DNA of 49,757 bases, counting the filler, from Dimargaris cristalligena (Eukaryota): assembly GCA_003614675.1 (NCBI GenBank). It is 2 parts of 2 records of this genome, joined end to end, with 100 filler letters (N's around TTAATTAATTAA, not from the genome) between each part and the next. Parts side by side here need not be neighbours in the genome. Positions count along the whole stretch, not along the records: positions 1 to 24,833 come from ML002574.1; 1 more part is not named here. One strand, given 5' to 3'. The notes beneath the pieces were generated by a model. That model saw only the letters and a list, made by a program, of their open reading frames with translations, made no database searches and was not told the DNA's origin. Numbering within the stretch: the stretch's first letter is position 1; the number at the start of each line of letters is the position of its first letter. Shown here one piece after another: positions 1 to 12,521 of this stretch. The position numbers were made by a program, and so were the translations under genes.

Positions 1-3000
1 AATCGCAACTCTTAATAAAATATCTCTTTTTTCATTCTTCTGAACTGTACCAGTAGTTTTGCCTACAGTTGTCTTAGTTATTTTAAAGGTTCCACCTTAT
101 TGTCTTTTAAGTTTGAGTATAAGGCATTCACGCCTATTATTTTATAGTCGCTTTACTATACCACAACAAAAATACGTAATTTAAACTGTTCTTATGGGCA
201 ATTAGTTAATCATGTGATTCACTAGAGATCCGATAGTTATAAACGATGGTCTCTTAATGATTACCGAAGCCCTGAAATATAGACATGCTCTACATTTGGG
301 TGTAACTACCTAGTTACCCCACTCCATCCGGTGAGCTTTGCTACCACTAAAAAATGTTATGTTAATTTTATGGCAAGATTTTGGAATTGCTATATAATTA
401 ACCATTCATTTAGCAATAAAGGGTTTACTGTTTAATCATAATTATTCCACCGAGTGCACAATGTGCATTTCATTCAAAGTTCTATTCAGCTGTGGTGATT
501 TGGCACATGTTTACCAGCCTATATAATGTGTGAAACACACTGGCTTGTTAGGGGATATACTACTGCTCCCAGGGATAAAATAATATCATTTGGTATTTTG
601 CAACTACCAAGCCTCAATTTGAAGTCGTAATAATCATTTTGACCAAAATCCTTAAGAAGTGCATCCTAATATACACCGTCTTTTTAATGCCTAGACCGCC
701 ATCAGCAATGTGGGAAGTGTTGGTGTAACCGCAGATTCTCTCGATGATAATCTGAGATAGACTAAAGATGAAGTCTATTTTTAAAATAGATAGAAGTAGG
801 AAAGAACTGCAAGATGAGAATTAAGCTCATCGCAGTGGTATTTATTGAGTGTAGTTTCGACCAATAGGATCACTAAAAATACCCGATACAGTAAATGGTA
901 CTCGGGGGGGCGATGCAGTCCAATAGGAAGTACAATTATCTATTTCAATATCCAATCCTAAAGGTGAACCTCTGATAAAAATAAAATTATTATCATCTAA
1001 CCAATCTCTCTCCCTCGATTATCGGTCAATTCATCTTAAAGACTTATAATACCTATCACCATGGTATACCCAAACTCAACTTACGTCATTTTCAGTTAAT
1101 TTAACCAAATATGCCTCTGAACGACCTCAGACGTACAACCATGACAGGGTTGGTTTCAGCTGACATTGGCCTGACCCTAAAGGGTAGCCGACTCCCGAAG
1201 GATCTCTCACGGGAATGGGGTAGTGCCACCACTTTGTTGTGGTGCATCTACTAAAGGAAATAGGAGATCCGAAAACAACCCAATCAACCTAAACTCCCAC
1301 CGGGGTGGGCTAGAGGGAGGTGTTTCTAAAACCCCTTTAAGAGGGTGTTACGCTAGAAGCCGGTCCTGCTAGGGGAGGGTGATAATGTATCAACTAAAAA
1401 TAAAGGATATGGATAGATAGGGGACCGATAATTGTGATTATATGACTTTGGCAAATCTCGGAACAGTTGTTGCGGTTAAAAGCCTTAATGAATAGTAAGT
1501 GAACATCTGCGAATTTTATACTGTCAAACTCCGATGACTATGCGAATGATAGCCTGGTAGGTACAACTAATATCATCGCTTTAGCAGTGGTTCATTAAAA
1601 TGGCATAGACTTAAAAATGGTCGGTTTTATAAGCACCAAAAGCAAAATGCCGGTGAATATCCGACCCATCTATGGCAAGGCACAGCTCTCTAGAATAGTT
1701 ACGCGGAACCCACGGCCGGATAAACACGGGATTATCACCCAGGGACCCGCGTAGTTAACTATCCAACCGCAATACCTACAAACCAGTTAGGTAAATTCAA
1801 TGTTTTTGCCCAGGGAGATTTAGAGCCCCACGCCTCCGTCCACCAAAAACACCCCATCGCATCATAAAGACATGGGTGTTGCAACTCACATTTCGGGAGG
1901 ATATGCCCGGATTAGTTTGGGTCACGGTTGAATAATTCACGGGGTTTTACGGATAGTCTATGGTATGTCATTTCTTTTACAAAAAAAAATAAACAAGTGA
2001 TTAAAAACGAGATCGCGAGCAGGATTTTGCATTTTTAAATTTGTGGAGAAAATACAAGTGCCCAAGCATCCGCATGATAAACGCGATGAAGTAGACCAAC
2101 TGTGAAGATGGGGTTACCATCCGCCAACTTGTACACCGCCATTCTCACGCTGAAGGCCATGGGCTCTCATCCATGTACCCGTATGTTTAAAATTAATGAT
2201 AGATTGCATGTTCCCTGTACTCTATTCCCTCCTAACGCACTCGACTCCCCGCTTCACCGCATCCGAAGATAAATATAAAGGCTGGGGGCTGGGTACATCG
2301 GAGGTTCATTCCGTTCCGCCTGCATCTCGGTCATCTGACGACCTACCCAATGCACCATTAGGTAACGCTAACTGGCTCAGCGCCTGTCAAGAATCTTGAA
2401 TCTAAGCCTGATGTGGATAATGCTATAGTGGATCACCGCACCGACATGCTACTTTCTAAAAACGAATGCACATGGATTACCAATACCTACATTAGTTTGA
2501 ACACCGCCCATACACTTTCTTCTTATAATACTTCCAAATTCGAATGATCCATCAGCCCATCCTTAAGGGTGAAGAGGTTTGGCCCTTCCGAAAATAAGGG
2601 TGTCGTATTTTCCGGTATGCCATTCATTGATTCTATACCATAACAACGCGCCAGTCATGGGGGAGTCACTAAGATGGCTGTTACCATATACCCATATAAA
2701 AATAAAGGGAACAGAGTGATGAGCCAAATGATTCAGCCGCATAGCTGCAACAGAAATCATGACCAATTTAAACACTTAACCTTCACAGTCATGCCTGGGC
2801 GGGAAAACACGGAACGACCCTTTCGGCCAATTGCGGGTGGGACTGCCCTCTTAGATCTACCAAGCATGACCATGTCACAGACGAACCATTTCCACAATAC
2901 TTTTTTTGGTCTCTGTTATATTTTTTTCTTTATCAATGCATCAAATGGATCGCCCAGTGTTACTGGTGAGTCTAGTCTACCATGGATAACAGGGTAGGAA

Positions 3001-6000
3001 GCCAGGAGGAGAAATAAGGGGAGGGAAACAGTATGAGAAAAAGATTTTTTTCCGCCGTGTTATGAGGCAAAAATGCTGAAATTAATGACTTGGCTGTACG
3101 GTGAAATGGTCAATTCAAAAGCGGGGTTTTAGCCGGGGGTTTGGTGAGAGAATGGATCACCCGAGTATGAAAAAAGAAATGACGACTTACATTTTGGATT
3201 TCTGAATATTCCCCTCTAGTTGACGTGAAATCCATGAGAGTGAATTTGGGTTTTCATCAATTGATTCAACGGAAAAAACACGAATATAGGTCATTGCATA
3301 TTCGCCCTGTATAAAAAGGGTTCGGATTAAAATTAATTCATTTATAATAGATTTTTTTTATAGGTTCGGCCGTTCAATGAAACCTCAGTTGGACTATTTC
3401 CACGGTTCATAGACCTACTGTGATGATCGGCACTTGGCTCAGTCGGCCAGGGAATGTGGGGAACCAATACCTGTCCCAAAAAGACTGCGTTCTACAATTA
3501 GTAGTATACAAATATGGTTAATTGGGACCACCGGACAGCCTGTCTACCTACTGTGCTAAAAGTGTATGGGTGTGGGTGGGGCCAGTCCCCCTCCCTTCTT
3601 CGTCCCCCCATTAGCACCATCTAGATGGAGGGGGCGTATGTGGGCCACAAATGGAGGCGAATAAAGGGACTGGGCGTGGATTCGCCGATAGAAAATTAAC
3701 GCACGAGGCACTTATCGGCGAATCATCTTGATTTTTTATATATAAAAATAAGCACTAAGTTTTTTTAAGGCATTGGTGAAAAAAATGGGAATTAATGGCA
3801 TTGGGGCAATGCGAGTAAAATAAACCAATGAAACTGATGGGATAGTTCTAGATGGCTATCGGGGGCTAATAAGATTGGCTCACCTGGACCGGGCAGTAGG
3901 GAGGCGGGTCTGTCAAGTCGTCCGGTGGAAGTAAAGTAGGACATTGAACCGTTGGGATATTATGGTCACTCAATTGTTCGTACATCCGCTTATGTGTGTG
4001 TGTGTGTATATTTTTCTTTCTTATTTGACGAGTACTTCCGAAACGGAGGTTGCTTGTGTAATTTAAGTTGAAAGAAGGCGCTGGGCCTAACCAAGGGATT
4101 TCCTACAAAGAAATACCATTACGATACTGCGTCAGGAGTGAATAGATGGGAATACTATACAAGAGGTCCGACATTCAGCGAGTTCGTCCGTTTATATATA
4201 TGGTCTGAAACGAAAAATCAAATGCCGAAATCCACACAAAGGTCAAGAGGTAGATTACAGTATGCCTTTTGATATTGAGCAGAACCGGACTAGGGAATGG
4301 ATGAAACTGATAGGATGAACAGGGCAATCTCGCTAAGAAAAGGGATAATTGGAGATGGGTGAGAAAGGGGGTGGTGGTTGGGAGGGGGGGGGATTGCAAC
4401 CATTGTCCCAGAGATCGCTTTGAACCCCGCCTATGACAAGAGATGACTATCAATTGGGCTTATTGGCCGATAATATGTATATCCCTTCTCTATGGCTTTA
4501 GTAGGAGAAGACCAGCGGCTCCACTCTGTCCGGTTCCATATTCACTCACGGTTGGTCAGGCAGCTTCATCACTGGGAATATGTGAGTGGTGCGTTCGGTT
4601 TAGCGAATTGCTCGGCCAAGACTAGATTGCCCGAGAAAGGAGCAACCGAATAATAGTGATTGTGTGGGCGACGAGTGCGTGTGTGAGCGAGACGCTTAAA
4701 TGGGGTTGGCGGAAAAAAACACTGGTTTGCAACTTTAGAATGTTCTTCGATGGCAGTCAACAATAAAAATAACATAGGACCCGGCGAATGGCTCTAGGAG
4801 GAGAACTAACTATGGGTCCTATTTACAGGCAGTGCAGTATTGCTGTCGCCTTGCGCATGTCCCTCTACTACCGACGAGTCTCTCAGCAATGCAAGGCGTG
4901 TAACCCGAGAGGGGCAGGCTCATTTTTAACCATGGACTTAGTCATCATCAATGTTACCTTTTCTATACGTTCCAGCCAAAAAAATAATATACACAATAGC
5001 TCGGGTCAAAATATAATTTGGCGAATCCAGTATTCATATCACTGTTAAGGCTGGCATCATCGCCTTTCCCTGGTGATTCGCCGATATGACGTTGAGCGTG
5101 CCTTTCGTTTGGCGGGCTATGAGGCGAATCCTATGCCCATGTGCCTAAACTATATGGATACCCCGCGACGACCTCTCCTACCCATCCATTAGAGGGTTAA
5201 TGAGTGGTTCTCGTGGATAGAATTCCTGTAGGTGATTCTCCTCCATGGCGTTTGTTTGGCGCGCTTATAAAAAAATGATCTAGTTATGATTATTTTTTCC
5301 CTCTCGATACGCCATGGCTGGTGGTGATATGTTCGTGAATTGGACCATCATTGGCCCGCTACTATGGCGATTCCTGTTTCATACACAGATGGTCCCCTTT
5401 TATACATATATAGTATAGATTCAAAAGGAAATACGATACACCAACCAATTGACCCCCTCCCACCTTATGTAGCAAAGTGGTGGTGGAGAGGGGAAGAGGA
5501 GGGGGGAGTCACGGTCAGGGAACGTTATAGTTGGGAGTGCGACGGGGCTAATCCCCCTGCTGGGAAGTCATATGACCTAGACTCTGAACAGTGGCGCGTT
5601 TCAGCAGCTCAACGATATAGTCATATTCCCCATTGATTTCACGAAAAAAATGACAATCTGGGACCAAATCCTGCCGGCTAAAGCCCCCTGGTGTTCGAAC
5701 AAAGCCGAGAGTCCCCCTGTACGGCTCAGCAAGTTTTACTGTATATATATTTATATAGACGGCACTCAAACCCCGTTGAAGAGTCAATGCTATGGATTAA
5801 CACACGTGTGGCCGAATCCTTCGACCACTGGCTATGCCGTTTGGTTTAAAAGTGCCAAGCAGTCAGATCATGACTACTGCAAATTTATTCGCCAAACCCG
5901 ACTTTTGGTTTGCCGTGCTTCGAGTAGCCTAGACTAGTGGCTTGAATTGGGTTTCTAACCAAGGACTGTAGCTCTATTTCTGGCCGTGTGACCCACCCGA

Positions 6001-8194
6001 CTCGGACGACATGGCAGTACGGTTGATTCTTTACCTGGTGGTTTGTTCATGCTATAAGACAGTCAGGGCTTCAAAGGGAAAGAGGGGCAATGTTAAGAAG
6101 TATGTAGCTAGGGTATGGCCGGTGATCGCAGTAGTACGATAATGTATGATTTGAACAACATTGGACACCCCCCTTCTGTTAATTGGTACCTGCTAAGGCA
6201 GCCCGGGCTGCGCGGTTTTCGGCTTGGGACGGACATCGACGCGATTCCCTTGAACCGGGTACCTGTAGGTAGGCAGACAGTGGGGGCATTGCGTTTCTAA
6301 TTGTTCGGTAATGCTAGCAGATATGACCGCCTAATGGTAATGGTCGCTATACTATGTCACCTAACTCGGCTGCGCGAATGAGTCAGGGGTAAGCAGTGAC
6401 CTCGCTTAAAGATGACAGTGTAGTGTCAACTCGTGGCCCAGTAGCCTGCAGATAATCAATGCAGCGGTACTATAATTTTAGGTGAGACCCGACTAAGCAC
6501 AAATATCTATGAATGGCGAGTTGTAAATGAATAGCGCAGTTTATCCAGGCAATGTCACTCTTGCCATCATTACAGTTGATTATATATCCAAGAAATTGGA
6601 TGGAAGGCCTTGGCCGGAAACACAGGAAAGGTGAGGGGGGAGTATGGATGCCAGAATGGGAAGAAGAGGTGAATTCCTCTCCGAGATGCCGGTTAGACTG
6701 GGGTTCGGCTCAGACTCGGTCGGCTGTCCCAAGCCGAGTGGGTTAAGGGAGAGCTGACTGGGCGTTGAGTCGGGCGCATGTGGAGATGGCCGGGCCAAGC
6801 CCCCGTCCACAGTATTTTGAGCGCCTTGTGCACGGGAAAGTCCACATACTGTCCTCCCCAACGGACGATAGTAACGGTAGGTACACCAGTCGCGTCGCCG
6901 CTTCCCTAACTGTTCAGCTGAAACAGCCGGTACTATGTACCTATCATTTTCTACGAGCCCTATTTATCCCCTACTGGGTTATGCAAAAAAGGGATCATAT
7001 TAATCGTTTGATCGGCCCAGAAATTGCGGGTCCAAGAATGATAATGTATGGTTCGTATACATCGCACTGGCGTCTTGCTTTGCGGTACGTTGGAGGTGGA
7101 AATACTGGCAAGTAATATCGTGCAGTGTATAGGTAAGTATGGAGGCAGTGTAGGAGTATAGGTTACACATCCTAATCGACTGGCTCCCTTCTAGGGGTTT
7201 GGGAATGACAGGGTTGTACCAAGCGACTAGCGCTATAGCCTATTCTTATGTTTAGAAGAGCATATACGAGATATCGCGCCCATTTATCTCCGAACTGACA
7301 AGGCCTATTGTCGCCGCCAATGGTATATAGTCCGGCGGATAATTATTTAAGGCGGTGTAACCTTAGCCCACAGTATACATTCTGCGTAATGGTAACCGTA
7401 CCGTATCTGGCTGAGTTGAGTAAAATAAGTAGAGCGACAATGTGCTATAATGTCCAGAGTATGTTTGGTTCCGCATACCACCCTCACCGGCAAATGGGAC
7501 TTGGGGCCCTAACACCCCCCTCCCTTCACCAACATACATCGGCAGCCCTATTTCAGAAGGGAAAGGCGATTTATCCAGCAATGAGGTTGCAGTATGCCCG
7601 TCGACCGAAGAGCTCATTTTTATGGCGACGTTGCCATGGTGTGTAAGGTTGGTGGTAGCTAATTAGCTATAGCACCTCGGTAAGCCGTGAAGGAAAAAAA
7701 TAGAAGCAGTCAGGCGCGCCCATAATGGCACACAGCCATGCGGGCAGGCGGCCCACCGCCGTACAGACTGGGCGCATCCGCTAAACCAGGCCAGTGGCCT
7801 GAGCCGTACCGACCACCTATCGCCACTAGCTAGGTTGCTCTATAGATCGGCAATAGGGCTAGTGGTTAGTGCCAAACGATACGGCCAATAAGGCGGGATC
7901 ACCCCGGGCCTGTGATTGGCCAGCCAATGGCACATCCAAGTCACTCTGGCAGAGAGAAGGAAAGAAGTAAGAGAAGGTTATTTTTTCCCTTACTGGCCAA
8001 CGCCTATTATAAACTACTGGAGCAATAGGGATATAGTCCTGATGGCGGGGTAAGACCGCATACAGAGCAGAGTAGAGAGAGACACATACTCTCCTCCTCC
8101 TTGTCCTTTGGGTGTATGCGGATGAGGGTGGCTGACTATATGCCCCTCGGTTTCGTCGGGTTACTGTATGCATTGGCTCTCTCGGGATTCCCTT

Positions 8195-8200
8195 TATAAA
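8195..8200 (+). promoter_or_regulatory. Putative TATA box of the antiporter gene
   Basis: TATAAA about 320 nt upstream of ATG 8523. CCAAT/ATTGG boxes lie at about 7886, 7915, 7924 and 8172, and a pyrimidine-rich leader follows. Confidence 0.4.
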
Positions 8201-8522
8201 CCCCGGTGCGTCCGGCTCCCGGATAGTCCAAGTTATCTCTTTCCCCTTTGTCTGCCCAGTCGCGGACGCTGCTTTAACCCTGCCCTTCTATTTTGGTTTC
8301 TTCTCCCATATTTCTATATTTGGAGATATATATTACTCACCAGGTGGCGAAGTGTATTCTCACTTCTTCGTCCTCTTACTTACACCCGCCCTTCCTTACA
8401 GGTCTTTTCTTCGGCCAGTCTCCGTTTTTATCGGGTATAACCTCCCCACACTCCCCGTTTCTCCCTTTCCCTCGGCTTGAGCTTATTGGCTCCGCTGAAA
8501 CCACACCACTCATTCATACACC

Positions 8523-11500
8523 ATGGCTGGCGGCGGCACCATTTTCTCAGGGGCTAACCCCATTGTCTTTAACACAGCTAACCCCATTCCCCTCTTCATT
8601 ATCCAGGCCCTCATTATTATCTGCTTCAGTCGGTTCCTGGCCTACCCCCTGGGCCTTATTCGGCAGCCCACTGTCATTGCCGAGGTGGTCGGTGGTGTTC
8701 TCCTGGGGCCCTCCGTCATGGGCCACATTCCCAACTTTAGTTCCAATATTTTCCCCAAGGACTCGTTGCCCTTCCTGGGCCTAGTGGCCAACCTCGGTCT
8801 CATTTTCTTCCTTTTCATGGTCGGCCTGGAGCTGGACATGCGCTCGCTGCGCCGCAATTTCCACCGCGCTATTCTCATTTCCGTAGCTGGCATGTGTCTA
8901 CCTTTTGGTCTCGGTATCGCGGTCTCATACGCGCTGTTCCAGCTATTGGGCGATAACCATGACGTGCCCTTCACCAGTTTCTTCCTCTTCCTGGGCGTGG
9001 CCATGGCTATTACCGCCTTCCCCGTCCTGGCCCGTATTCTGACCGAACTGAAATTGCTCCGGACCTTCGTCGGCAGTATCACCCTGCCTGCCGCCGCCAT
9101 TGACGACGTCACTTCGTGGTGCCTGTTGGCCCTGGTCGTCGCCATCATTAACGCCAAGAGCGGGTTGGTTATTCTATGGACCATTATGTGCGTCCTTGGA
9201 TTCGCCCTCTTCATGCTGATTATTGGCCGTTCCCTCATGTACAAGTTTTTGGTTTATACCAACAGTTTCGAGAGTGGCCCCAGCCAACGGGTCATGTTCG
9301 TTATTTTCGCCGTTGTCCTGGCCAGTGCCTGGTTCACCGAAATCATCGGTGTTCACGCCATTTTCGGTGGCTTCCTGGCCGGTGTCATTATTCCCCATGA
9401 CCACGGACTTGCTGTCCACATCACCGAGAAAATCGAGGATCTGGTCAGTGTCGTGTTCCTGCCTCTCTACTTCGCCCTGTCTGGTCTCAAGACTAACCTC
9501 AGCTCCCTTGACGATGGCCTTACCTGGGGTCTCCTGGTCCTGGTGATTGTGGTTGCCTGTGGCGGTAAGATCATTGGCTGTACCATTGCTGCCCGCTTCA
9601 GTAAGCTCAACTGGCGCGAATCCATCTCGGTCGGTGTCCTTATGAACTGTAAGGGACTGGTTGAACTGATCGTCCTGAATATCGGTTACGATGCGGGTGT
9701 GATCAATACCCGTATCTTCACCATGATGGTGGTAATGGCCCTGATCACTACCTTTGTCACCACCCCGCTCATCCACTTCATCTACCCGCCCCGCTTCCAG
9801 CGCCTACTGAACGATGTGACCTCCGAGCCCGAGCCCTACACCAAACCTGTCGGTGATGAAGACGCCGAAGCCCGCCCCTCCTTTGAGACCACCGATGCCC
9901 GGTCTATTGCCGAACTCATTCACCGTCCCCTCAGTGTCCTGGTGTGCCTGAATAAGATGCAGCACGTACCCGCTCTCATGGCTCTGATGCAGTTCCTAAA
10001 TCCCCCGCACGCCCATGAACCCGGAAATCCCCAGGCCAGTCCCTCCACTCTACCGGCCGCTCATCGCGCCGACACTCTCGATTCGTCCCCCTCCCCCTCC
10101 GATGCTTTTGACGAGAAGGCCGCCCTGGCAGAAATTCGCGAAGTGTCTTCCCCTTTGACCGGATATTTCACCGGTCTGCGGGTCTACGCTTTGCGTCTGA
10201 TTGCCCTTACCCAGCGTAACTCCGCCGTTATGATGTCTACCGAGTCGGAGGATACGATGCGCATGGATCCCCTCATGAGCATGTTCCGTACGTTCGGTCT
10301 ATTGAACAACATTAGTGTCCGGTCCGCCTTGAGCGTCTGCCCCACCGAAGACTTTGCCGAAACCCTGGCCAGCAACTCCGACGAAACCCGGGTCAACTAC
10401 GCCATCGTGCCCTGGAGCGGCTCGGGCGGTATTGATGACGACCAGATGGCTAGCCCCCTCGACTACTTCTTCAACCGTGGAGGACCCAAGGAGCCCCATC
10501 AGGGTACTTCCCCCCAGCACCTGCAGTTTATTTCGGAAGTATTCCGCCGGGTATCCTGTAACGTGGCTGTATTCATCGACCGTGGTTTTGATATATCCCA
10601 AGATGTCGCCATCAATCCGACAGAGCGCCATTTGAACGGTATTCACTCTCAGTGGACTTCGGACGCCGCCTGCCACGCTATCGAAGCCAGTGGAGGTCGT
10701 GGCCCCGTGTCGGTCTTTGTTCCCTTCTTCGGTGGTGCCGACGACCGGGCCGCCGTCTATTTCGCGCTGCGGTTTGCCGCCAACCCTAACATCCATATCT
10801 CGATTGTGCGCTTCATCCGCTCCGACGAACTGACGGCCAATGATGCCAAACTGGAAGAAAAGGACTTCGTGGAAGCGTCCAACCAAATGACCATCCAGCG
10901 CGGCCAACAACTGGCTTCCCTGCCCCGCGCTGCCGTTCGGGCCGCTGCCGCCTCTGCCCAGGAAACCGACCACTCCGGTATTTCTCCTCTGAGTGGAGCC
11001 GCCGAGGCCAGCGTTCTGCCCTACCAAAACACCACGCTGCAGTTGCAGTCGAACCAGGCTGACGAACTCCTGTTCCACAAACTCTTCCACACCGCCGAAG
11101 CTCTGGAGCGCGACCCCAAGGCCACGCACTTCACGCTGGATGCCTATCCCAACGTATCCCTGGAATTGGTCGAGGCCTCCACCCCCTTGCAAACCGCTAT
11201 TGTGCGGGGCCGCGACTACACCGCCCGTGACCTCGTCATCCTGGGCCGCAGCCGCGGTTTGGGACCCGGACATAAGGGCGAGATCGAAACGATGTTGGCT
11301 GGTAACGAGCCCCGGGCGAACGGAACCGGTCCGGGCTACCAGCCCGTCGAGTCTAACCAGGCCCGCGACTCACTGGATGCCGCTAACACGTCGGCGGGAA
11401 TCAACCCAACGGTGCCTGTTCTGGCTCATCGCCAGAATCCTAAATACCGTATGCTTGGCGATGGCGCTGAACGGTTCCTGGCCGCTAACTGCCGGGCCAG

Positions 11501-11534
11501 TTTAATTGTTCTTCAATCCAAGAGCCACCGATAG
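8523..11534 (+). CDS. KHA1: K+/H+ antiporter, CPA2 family (KHA1/CHX-like), intronless, 1003 aa
   Basis: N-terminal ~430 aa with about 12 hydrophobic segments and CPA2 motifs (QPTVIAEVVGGVLLGPS, AITAFPVLARILTE, AAAIDD, LMNCKGLVELIVLNIG). Long hydrophilic C-terminus with VAVFIDRG and VPFFGGADDRAA, as in KHA1/CHX proteins. Confidence 0.93.
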   Translation: MAGGGTIFSGANPIVFNTANPIPLFIIQALIIICFSRFLAYPLGLIRQPTVIAEVVGGVLLGPSVMGHIPNFSSNIFPKDSLPFLGLVANLGLIFFLFMVGLELDMRSLRRNFHRAILISVAGMCLPFGLGIAVSYALFQLLGDNHDVPFTSFFLFLGVAMAITAFPVLARILTELKLLRTFVGSITLPAAAIDDVTSWCLLALVVAIINAKSGLVILWTIMCVLGFALFMLIIGRSLMYKFLVYTNSFESGPSQRVMFVIFAVVLASAWFTEIIGVHAIFGGFLAGVIIPHDHGLAVHITEKIEDLVSVVFLPLYFALSGLKTNLSSLDDGLTWGLLVLVIVVACGGKIIGCTIAARFSKLNWRESISVGVLMNCKGLVELIVLNIGYDAGVINTRIFTMMVVMALITTFVTTPLIHFIYPPRFQRLLNDVTSEPEPYTKPVGDEDAEARPSFETTDARSIAELIHRPLSVLVCLNKMQHVPALMALMQFLNPPHAHEPGNPQASPSTLPAAHRADTLDSSPSPSDAFDEKAALAEIREVSSPLTGYFTGLRVYALRLIALTQRNSAVMMSTESEDTMRMDPLMSMFRTFGLLNNISVRSALSVCPTEDFAETLASNSDETRVNYAIVPWSGSGGIDDDQMASPLDYFFNRGGPKEPHQGTSPQHLQFISEVFRRVSCNVAVFIDRGFDISQDVAINPTERHLNGIHSQWTSDAACHAIEASGGRGPVSVFVPFFGGADDRAAVYFALRFAANPNIHISIVRFIRSDELTANDAKLEEKDFVEASNQMTIQRGQQLASLPRAAVRAAAASAQETDHSGISPLSGAAEASVLPYQNTTLQLQSNQADELLFHKLFHTAEALERDPKATHFTLDAYPNVSLELVEASTPLQTAIVRGRDYTARDLVILGRSRGLGPGHKGEIETMLAGNEPRANGTGPGYQPVESNQARDSLDAANTSAGINPTVPVLAHRQNPKYRMLGDGAERFLAANCRASLIVLQSKSHR

Positions 11535-12486
11535 AAGTATTAACTGGACCAGGACTAAAGGGGGCCATAATTGCTTCACCCCCCTTCCTCGACGCTGTCT
11601 ACTTAATATACCCATTGGCCTCCCCGACCTTTTATATTTTTACTATAATTATATTTCTAAACTACATCGCCTTTTTTTGCGGGCATGAAATTATCCACCA
11701 TTATATTTTTACTCATCCAATACCGCACTAGTAACCCCTTTCCAAGTATTTTCACGTGCATAGGTGTGTGTATATCTTGTATTCATTTATACGTAGTGGT
11801 AGCGCTTTTTCTTATTGCAGCTTTGTGCTATTTAAGTATTTACTATGATTTTTTAGGCCAAATAATATAATAATAAACCATTAGTACGCTTGGTTGACCT
11901 AAATCTATCTGGCAACAATGAGGAGGGTTCTTAATTATTAGACTCTAGGAAAATGCAAGGGATTGCAACGATAATTGACCAATTTTCAAAATCTGATATG
12001 GCACTAACAATGGCAGCAGAGCCTGCCCCACACATTCTTCTTTTATTAGTAAATACCGCCCTCACATTTTCTGATGTATATTGACCAACTTATAGAAGGC
12101 TTCGGTGGTCAGAGATCTCATACACAGCCGCTCTAATGCGGGGACCAAATAATTATAGGCTGACTATGGGGGGGGCATGTTCGGAGACTGCCAGATACGA
12201 TCAGTGGAATCTATGCCATCCTCCACCCACTTCTTAATCGAGGTGACTTCAGACTTACAAGTTATTGGTTTTGATTATTATTACTTTTTGTAAATGGGGT
12301 AATTTCAAAGGGCGATGATATATCCCGGGCTATAGTTAAATGCAATTCAGACGGTGGATCCACTTTCTATCAGAGAAAGCAACCCAGGATGAACCATTTA
12401 TGTGTGCCCGGTATCACTTTAGCTAGACACATATGCCACCCGCTGGAATAACTGATCTGCTATTTTGGGGCACATCCTCCTATTCG

Positions 12487-12489
<3 letters not shown>

Positions 12490-12518
<29 letters not shown>
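12490..12518. repeat. (TA)n microsatellite
   Basis: About 14 perfect TA units. Confidence 0.95.

Positions 12519-12521
<3 letters not shown>

Noticed and set aside
1108..1358. Identity of the hairpin element as telomerase RNA, snR30/U17, U3, SRP, RNase P/MRP or a self-splicing intron
   Set aside because: Only partial motif resemblances (GACCCTAA, ATATGCCT/CAACCAT). The diagnostic boxes and spacings are absent.
1086..1410. Minus-strand ATATCCTTT (U12-type 5' splice consensus) at 1410 and a possible AC end at about 1086
   Set aside because: The branch site (AATTAAC) matches TCCTTAAC poorly and I found no flanking coding exons.
8642..11505. Long antisense or alternate-frame ORFs over KHA1, and similarly over PanK, WD40, CLF1, the P450 and MRC1 (for example 47429-48367)
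   Set aside because: These are the expected shadows of GC-rich, codon-biased coding sequence, and none has a recognisable domain.
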